From NCBI RefSeq assembly GCF_900079115.1, contig NZ_LT549890.1, forward strand, positions 1,920,001 through 1,952,000: a stretch of DNA of 32,000 bases, written 5' to 3'. Source of the stretch: Saccharolobus solfataricus (GTDB lineage: Archaea; Thermoproteota; Thermoprotei_A; Sulfolobales; Sulfolobaceae). This document shows, one piece after another, positions 26,418 through 32,000 of this stretch; within the stretch, counting starts at the first letter, position 1; every line of letters begins with the position of its first letter. Both the position numbers and the translations under genes were made by a program. The notes below the pieces were generated by a model. The model did no database searches. It saw only the letters and a program-made list of their open reading frames with translations, and was not told the DNA's origin.

Positions 26418-26453
26418 AAATATAAATAAAAAATTAAGTTAACTTTTGTTCAC

Positions 26454-27929
26454 TTAAGCTTTAGGATTAGGCATCTGATCGATTATATCCTTAACCAATT
26501 TGACGAATTCGTGCTTTCTATCCTTGAATACCTCAGTATAAGTTTGAGCCCATCTTATTGTGGGATCACCCCTACTGAACCTATCATATTGTTCATATCT
26601 CATCCCTGCTTCAGATCCTATAACGTCCCACAGTAGGTTAAACATCTTAACTCTTTCTAGGGCATCAAGACCTTTCATTGCCATGTACTTATCCAATAAT
26701 TTTCTTTCCTCGGGATTTTCAAAATCTTTAATACCAGCAGGTATAGGTATTGATGATCCTGCACTAATTGACCTTAATATCTCATTTGCTCTGGGAACTG
26801 TCTTCATGTTGAAGTGACTGGCTGAAATGGAAATATAGGGATCTGGTCTAGTAATATTGGGCAATTCTTGGGCTCTTTCAACTGATGCATAGAGGGCTGC
26901 CTCATTTAGAGCTACATATATCAGTATCTCACCTATCTTTTCTTGAACGTTAATGAAATTACTGGTGCCAGAAGCTTCAGCAATGGCGATAGCTAAACCA
27001 GCAAGGAATTTTAACCTGCTATAATGTTGAATTACGAAGTGCCAGTTAAACCATCCCCTTAACTGAACGGTATGCCACATTAGGTCTTCGATTAACTCAG
27101 GCTTCTTGAAGAATATTATCCTTTCCCAAGGAATTAGGACGTTATCTAACACTAAAACTGCATCGGATTCCTCAAATCTAGAAGATATTGGGTATTCAAA
27201 TTCTCCTCCTTCCCTAGGCTGGAACCCCCTTCTAGACAAGAACTTAACTCCTTTAGTGTTTGTTGGGATAGAGAAGTATATTGCATATCTAGGATCACTA
27301 TCTCTTCTGACATTTGGTAGATACCATAACATCTCCGCATAAGGACCGGCGGTACATATCATTGCGGCTCCTCTTACTACTACACCTTCTGGTTTTTCCT
27401 CAACTATTCCCACTTGAATGTATGGATCTTCCCATTGAGAAGGTGGTCTAGATCTATCGTACATTGGGGCCACAATTGCGTGGGTATAGAACAAATCTCT
27501 CTTTGTAGCTTCTTTGTAAATTTCAATCGCATTTTCCATGAACTTTGAACCGAACTGTTTTCCAAAGTAGTCCTCAGCGTGTGCATAGAATACCATTGTC
27601 CATAAGTTTAGGTAGTCTGGACTTCTACCGAAGAATCCCCTATAGTAATCATATATCTTTACTAGGCCATCCCTTAATTTGCCTAAATCTTTCTTGTTTT
27701 TAGGTCTTAGAAAACTTATGCTAGTTTCCTCTCCCACATCAAGGTTATAAACCCTTAGGTACTCCTTATATTTCTCATCCCAATGTAGATCATAATATTT
27801 CGCAACAGTAGATATCGGTATTTTAAATGCTGAATGTTCTGTAACATCCTTTACTACTTCTCCTTCATAGTAAACTACTGGTGGGTTTTCCTTTATACTT
27901 TTTATGTAATCTGTTCCCCTTCTTATCAT
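26454..27929 (-). CDS. hpaB: HpaB-family flavin-dependent aromatic monooxygenase, oxygenase component (4-hydroxyphenylacetate 3-hydroxylase-like)
   Basis: The N-terminus [32 protein letters not shown]... closely parallels Thermus and E. coli HpaB as I recall them. Length is about 491 aa from ATG 27929. That ATG overlaps the upstream dioxygenase stop as ATGA (27926-27929). The 17-codon extension in the track (to 27980) lies inside the upstream gene. Confidence 0.85.
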   Translation of the reverse strand: MIRRGTDYIKSIKENPPVVYYEGEVVKDVTEHSAFKIPISTVAKYYDLHWDEKYKEYLRVYNLDVGEETSISFLRPKNKKDLGKLRDGLVKIYDYYRGFFGRSPDYLNLWTMVFYAHAEDYFGKQFGSKFMENAIEIYKEATKRDLFYTHAIVAPMYDRSRPPSQWEDPYIQVGIVEEKPEGVVVRGAAMICTAGPYAEMLWYLPNVRRDSDPRYAIYFSIPTNTKGVKFLSRRGFQPREGGEFEYPISSRFEESDAVLVLDNVLIPWERIIFFKKPELIEDLMWHTVQLRGWFNWHFVIQHYSRLKFLAGLAIAIAEASGTSNFINVQEKIGEILIYVALNEAALYASVERAQELPNITRPDPYISISASHFNMKTVPRANEILRSISAGSSIPIPAGIKDFENPEERKLLDKYMAMKGLDALERVKMFNLLWDVIGSEAGMRYEQYDRFSRGDPTIRWAQTYTEVFKDRKHEFVKLVKDIIDQMPNPKA

Positions 27930-28876
27930 CCAGACCACCCCTTTAATTGACCCGTGGAAATATCCTCCACGGCAACCCATTCAGTTAACCAAGATTGAGG
28001 AATCGGCCTTCCCCAAAAATCACTTCTATACCTTAATTGATCATAGGTCCAAACTATTGGTTTCCACTTATCCGGATCCAGAACCACGTAATCGTTGGTG
28101 AAGAACTCAATTCTATTTTTATCAAAATCTCTCAAATAAATATAATAACCCTCAGTTACACCATGTCTACCGGGACCCCTTTCTATACTATCCCACAATC
28201 CCACTGAGGCTAGAATATCTGGGGCTTTAATGACATCTTTTACATCATGAACGTAATACGTCTCATGGTGAAATCCCGGAACGTTTTTACTTGACTTCGC
28301 TATTGCTATTTCGTGTGAATCCCCTCTTCTAGTTAACCACACTACTGCCAAATTCCCATCCTTATCCAAGAACCTCTCAGTCTCATAGTAACCCATGAAT
28401 CTCTTAAAGAACTCCAATTCTCTCTCCAAGTCCTTAACCATATAATTTACGTGGGCTAACCTGACTGGACTCACTCCCCTATGCCTATGAAATGCTAATC
28501 TTAAATCGCCTACATACTCCATGTCATAGTATAGAAGTATTGGGATTCCTTCGGGGGATTCAAATAATAGAGCTTCATTAATACCCTTTTCCCTAAATTT
28601 CCTAACCTTATGACCTAGGTTTTCCAATTCTTCTCTGGCCTTATCTAATTCCTCTCCTTTACTTACCCTAAAGCCTATATACGATAAACCAGCCGAGTTG
28701 GCCTTTTTTAGTATTAAGCTATGATGCTGACCTTCCTCAATCCCTCTCAAATAAATATAATCGCCATCCTTTTCTGTCTCCACAAATCCTAAGAGTTCTG
28801 AGTAGAAGTATCTCGCCTTATCCAAATCGCTAACTCTTATACACACATGAGATGTACGTAAAGTGTTGATCATCAA
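27926..28876 (-). CDS. type I (vicinal oxygen chelate) extradiol dioxygenase, catechol 2,3-dioxygenase-like
   Basis: Two-domain VOC architecture of about 315 aa. [23 protein letters not shown] and [24 protein letters not shown] are the repeated beta-alpha-beta-beta-beta modules. Candidate ligands are H (AHVNY), H (FHHETY) and E (VTEGYYIY). The probable start is ATG 28873, with a TATA-like TTAATTTATC about 27 nt upstream. Confidence 0.85.
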   Translation of the reverse strand: MMINTLRTSHVCIRVSDLDKARYFYSELLGFVETEKDGDYIYLRGIEEGQHHSLILKKANSAGLSYIGFRVSKGEELDKAREELENLGHKVRKFREKGINEALLFESPEGIPILLYYDMEYVGDLRLAFHRHRGVSPVRLAHVNYMVKDLERELEFFKRFMGYYETERFLDKDGNLAVVWLTRRGDSHEIAIAKSSKNVPGFHHETYYVHDVKDVIKAPDILASVGLWDSIERGPGRHGVTEGYYIYLRDFDKNRIEFFTNDYVVLDPDKWKPIVWTYDQLRYRSDFWGRPIPQSWLTEWVAVEDISTGQLKGWSG

Positions 28877-28928
28877 ACACTATCACGTGCAAAAAGATAA
28901 ATTAATTCACTATTAAACTGATTTAAGG

Positions 28929-29396
28929 TTATCTACATAACTTCCAATAATTTCTATTGTAATAGACTAAGGGTGAGAAATTATCTCTAACAATCTTTCC
29001 ATTAATTACCTCACCAACTACAATGGTGTGATCACCAATATCAATAGTCTTATACTTCTTAACTTCCATGTAAGCGTAACTGTCAGCCAATACGGGTATT
29101 CCATCTAAACCTTCGAAGAACTTTGCCTCCTTGAATCTCTCCTTTATGGGCTTAAAGGCAAATGTATTGAAGATTTTTTCGTCATCGACAAAATTTACTA
29201 TAAAACCATTACTCTCGATAAAAGGTACATCATTACCCTTAGTTTTATCTGCGGTAAACATAACTAATGGTGGATTTAAAGAAAGCGAATTAAATGTGTT
29301 GACCGTCATTCCTACTAAATTATCACTCCATTTAGTTGTAACTACTACTATTCCTAGTGGAAATAATCTCATTATATTCCTTATCGTCTCGCTCAT
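28929..29396 (-). CDS. hpaC: short-chain NAD(P)H:flavin oxidoreductase (HpaC-like reductase component)
   Basis: 155 aa. FPLGIVVVTT...GMTVNTFNSLSLNPPLVMF is the flavin-reductase-like domain signature. Confidence 0.85.
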   Translation of the reverse strand: MSETIRNIMRLFPLGIVVVTTKWSDNLVGMTVNTFNSLSLNPPLVMFTADKTKGNDVPFIESNGFIVNFVDDEKIFNTFAFKPIKERFKEAKFFEGLDGIPVLADSYAYMEVKKYKTIDIGDHTIVVGEVINGKIVRDNFSPLVYYNRNYWKLCR

Positions 29397-29451
29397 GAGA
29401 GTATATACTTAAAAAAATTATTTAAGTTTATCATTAAACTGAGTTGATGTC

Positions 29452-30930
29452 TTAGGGTGAAACCTCATCCAATCTCTTATTAGCAGACCTATGTCCTATT
29501 GCTATTGCAATTATTGTTGAAATTACTTGGAATAAGGCTATTAGCAAAAATACCTCTATTGCCAAAGCTGTAGTGACCCCAGAAGCTATCAGAGAACCTA
29601 TGAAAGAGGAAATTGCAATAATCCCTATCCCACCCCCTATATGACCTACACCGTCACATAAGGCGAAACCAGTACTCCTAGCCCTAGTCGGAAAACTCTC
29701 AGCAGTCCAAGCGTATGATGTTGGAACCCATAAATTAAAACCATAAAAGAGAATTATAGATCCTAGGAAAGATAATGCTATGTTAGTACCAGCTATAGCT
29801 ATTAATAATCCCCCAATTATTGTGAAGACTACTGAAATGACTGTCCACGTCTTTCTTTCAAGTCTATCTCCAACAAAGAAGGTTGTTATAGGAACTAATA
29901 TGAAACCTATAACACCTATTGCCGCAATCATTCCAGCTTCTGGTGGAGCAAATCCCAGTGAGGCTAATACAGATGTTAAACCAGCTGCCAAGGTATAGAC
30001 GGTCATATAACCAAATAACCACATTGAGACAAGTATTCCAAACCTCTTTATATAAAGTGAGGAACTAAATATGGTCTTTAATGCATCTAAATAGGAATAC
30101 CTCTCTGCAATATAAGGCTGAATTATATTGGGTAATGGTGGGAGATTACCTAACTTGCCAGTAGCTTTCTTCTCCATCACCTCAACTATCCTTTCAGCTT
30201 CAGTTAATTTACCCTTAGATATTAACCATCTTGGAGATTCAGGTAAGCTAAACCTTAAGAGCAATCCTATTAAAGCCAATAACGCACCTATCCCGTACAT
30301 TACTCTCCATCCATTAACCGCAAAGAACCCACTTCCACCAAGTGCAAACGGTAATCCAAGAGGAAATGGAGCAGAGGGCGTTGTTAAGAACAATCCTAAC
30401 CATATGCCTAGTGTTGCGCCTAGTGTTGAAAATAAGAATACTAGACTAGTGTATCTAGCCCTTCCGTTAATGGGAGCTACTTCTCCAATATAAGTATTAA
30501 CTATTGCTAAATCAGCACCAACACCAATACCAGTTATGGTCCTTGCTACTAAAAAATTAACATAATTATTCGCCAATGCGTTATATAAACTGCCAAGGCC
30601 TGTAATGATCATAGTTATCATTAGCATCCTCCTCCGGCCTATTACGTCAGATATTGGAGAAAGTATAAGGGCTCCTATTATATACCCTACTAGGTTTAAT
30701 AGGACTATGGGGCCTAGTAATGCTGGAATCTGAGGAGAAGTTGGATTGCTAACGTGAAATAGCGTTAATGCCGTTTGTATAAATGATACATTTATATCGA
30801 AAATGTCATAAAATGTGAAGAGAAACCCTATACCTAATATTCCTATAAAAATATATGAAAGTCCCCATATTGGGATTCTATCCATTCTAGCAATCGCTTC
30901 CCCTGCTTTTACTGCAGCCTTTTCTGCCAT
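29452..30930 (-). CDS. MFS transporter, sugar-porter/aromatic-acid:H+ symporter-like
   Basis: 492 aa. It has motif A (SDVIGRRRML) and the PESPRWL signature after TM6. It heads the co-directional aromatic cluster. Confidence 0.8.
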   Translation of the reverse strand: MAEKAAVKAGEAIARMDRIPIWGLSYIFIGILGIGFLFTFYDIFDINVSFIQTALTLFHVSNPTSPQIPALLGPIVLLNLVGYIIGALILSPISDVIGRRRMLMITMIITGLGSLYNALANNYVNFLVARTITGIGVGADLAIVNTYIGEVAPINGRARYTSLVFLFSTLGATLGIWLGLFLTTPSAPFPLGLPFALGGSGFFAVNGWRVMYGIGALLALIGLLLRFSLPESPRWLISKGKLTEAERIVEVMEKKATGKLGNLPPLPNIIQPYIAERYSYLDALKTIFSSSLYIKRFGILVSMWLFGYMTVYTLAAGLTSVLASLGFAPPEAGMIAAIGVIGFILVPITTFFVGDRLERKTWTVISVVFTIIGGLLIAIAGTNIALSFLGSIILFYGFNLWVPTSYAWTAESFPTRARSTGFALCDGVGHIGGGIGIIAISSFIGSLIASGVTTALAIEVFLLIALFQVISTIIAIAIGHRSANKRLDEVSP

Positions 30931-30964
30931 ATTTGGCTTTTCAAATCAATAATTTAATATTCTA

Positions 30965-30982
30965 TATTAAACTAGTTTAATA
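30965..30982. promoter_or_regulatory. 18-bp perfect palindrome, candidate operator in the divergent MFS / HTH_10 promoter region
   Basis: TATTAAACTAGTTTAATA equals its own reverse complement. It lies 35-52 nt upstream of the MFS start (30930) and about 80 nt upstream of the regulator start (31062). A second 13-bp palindrome, ACTATATTATAGT, is at 31002-31014. Confidence 0.4.
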
Positions 30983-31061
30983 AACATACGACTAACAGTA
31001 TACTATATTATAGTTTCTTATAATACATAACATTTATATTTTTAAAGAGTTTAAATAGTAC

Positions 31062-31694
31062 ATGATTAACTTGATTAAACATGTAGATATAGTTGTAAGC
31101 CATGAAGATTGTTGGACTTCACACATGCCATTTACCGCATATACTATTAATTTAGAAGTTTATCCACATAAGAACTATTTAAGGAGTAGGATTCTTATCG
31201 ATTCAATGGAAAATAAGGTTATATCAAACTTAATGAAAACACACAGAAGCGTTATAAAGGTTATGAAGGTAGATAGGTTTAAGGGAGGAACTTATGTGGA
31301 TTTTTTAAATAAATACAAGGGATCAATAGCTGGGGTCCTCTACGATAAGGAAGTGTTGATTCTGGGTAATCTCATAGAAGGTAAAGACGAAAAATGGTCA
31401 TTTGTAACTTCCAGCAAAAATCTTCGAGAGATTCTTACTGAGATCGAAAGTTTAGGAAAGGTGAAAAGAGTGGAGACAACTGACTTTAACCCAATTCTCT
31501 ACCCTAATCTGACTGAATGGGAAAAGAAAGTGCTTACGGTATCCTATTCCTATGGTTATTTAGACTATCCCAGAAGAGCAACTGCCGATGAATTAGCTAA
31601 GCTATTAGGAATAAGTAAAGTAACGTTCCTCTATCATTTGAGAAATGCCCAAAGGAAGTTAATTGCGTTTTCCATAAAAAACATTTTAGCTTAG
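31062..31694 (+). CDS. transcriptional regulator with C-terminal HTH_10 (bacterio-opsin-activator-type) domain
   Basis: LTEWEKKVLTVSYSYGYLDYPRRATADELAKLLGISKVTFLYHLRNAQRKLI matches the HTH_10 consensus (LT..Q..vL..A...GY.d.PR..t..elA..LgiS..t...HLR.AerKl). The N-terminal 150 aa is an uncharacterised putative sensor domain. Confidence 0.8.
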   Translation: MINLIKHVDIVVSHEDCWTSHMPFTAYTINLEVYPHKNYLRSRILIDSMENKVISNLMKTHRSVIKVMKVDRFKGGTYVDFLNKYKGSIAGVLYDKEVLILGNLIEGKDEKWSFVTSSKNLREILTEIESLGKVKRVETTDFNPILYPNLTEWEKKVLTVSYSYGYLDYPRRATADELAKLLGISKVTFLYHLRNAQRKLIAFSIKNILA

Positions 31695-32000
31695 GCTCTT
31701 CAACGCCTCCTTAAGTTCCTCCATTATCCTTATATCGTCCAATGTTGATACATCACCTGGATTCTCGTTAGCTAGGATAGCCTTTAGTAGCCTTCTCATT
31801 ATCTTCCCGCTTTTGGTTTTAGGCAGTCTCTTCACAAACACTACTTTATCAACTATGTAACCAGCGTTCCTACAATAGTTCTTAATGTCATTTCTGAGTG
31901 CGTCACCAACCTCAACCCCTTGTCTTGGGACTACAAACGCTATTATGTTACCGCCTTGACCTATTACGGCAGCTTCGGCCACGTTGGGATGAGTTACTAT
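31686..32000 (-). CDS. acs: acetyl-CoA synthetase (AMP-forming), C-terminal part; 5' end outside window
   Basis: The frame is open to the window edge (IVTHPNVAEAAVIG...). The C-terminal LPKTKSGKIMRRLLKAILANENPGDVSTLDD is the characteristic Acs tail. It overlaps the convergent regulator gene by 9 nt. Confidence 0.85.
   Translation of the reverse strand: MVTHPNVAEAAVIGQGGNIIAFVVPRQGVEVGDALRNDIKNYCRNAGYIVDKVVFVKRLPKTKSGKIMRRLLKAILANENPGDVSTLDDIRIMEELKEALKSLS

Noticed and set aside
27930-27980. 17-codon N-terminal extension of the HpaB-like ORF ([17 protein letters not shown]).
   Set aside because: It lies within the upstream dioxygenase coding region. HpaB homologs begin at the MIRRGTDYI-type sequence, and the ATGA stop/start overlap at 27926-27929 gives a natural coupled start.
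1-32000. Scan for CRISPR arrays, rRNA and tRNA genes.
   Set aside because: I saw no regularly spaced 24-37 bp direct repeats, no long GC-rich structured stretches, and no tRNA-like GC-rich segments of 70-90 nt in intergenic regions. A by-eye scan could miss a degenerate element.

Overview
AT-rich (roughly 35% GC by eye) chromosomal segment that looks like a Sulfolobales genome (Saccharolobus/Sulfolobus solfataricus-islandicus type). Support: many genes have a TATA-like box about 25-30 nt upstream of the start codon (leaderless style), there are T-run terminators, an ISC1058-like IS5-family element, thermopsin-family proteases and sequon-rich surface proteins. Most of the window is transport and catabolism. 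In order: ECF-type ABC transporter tail, IS element, MFS transporters, a minimal DEAD-box helicase, two thermopsin-like membrane-anchored glycoproteins, and an MHS-transporter/amidohydrolase/acyl-CoA synthetase cluster. These are followed by NCS1 and APC permeases, glutamate dehydrogenase, a DHA2-type efflux pump and the 3' end of an acetyl-CoA synthetase gene. The most interesting parts are three. (1) A co-directional aromatic hydroxylation/ring-cleavage cluster at 25.5-30.9 kb: MFS, HpaC-like flavin reductase, type I extradiol dioxygenase, HpaB-like monooxygenase and a LigB/DODA-type dioxygenase. It has a divergent HTH_10 regulator, an 18-bp perfect palindrome in the shared promoter region, and a 33-aa CxxC...CxxC zinc-ribbon ORF absent from the supplied ORF track. 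(2) A rearranged, decaying segment at 21.1-24.5 kb bracketed by two inverted paralogous small ORFs of unknown function. It holds a 93%-identical inverted copy of an internal gdhA fragment and a frameshifted vapB-like/truncated vapC-like pair. (3) Small regulatory-looking repeats at the gdhA and MHS-transporter starts. No rRNA, tRNA or CRISPR array was recognised. All family assignments are by-eye motif recognition, not database searches.
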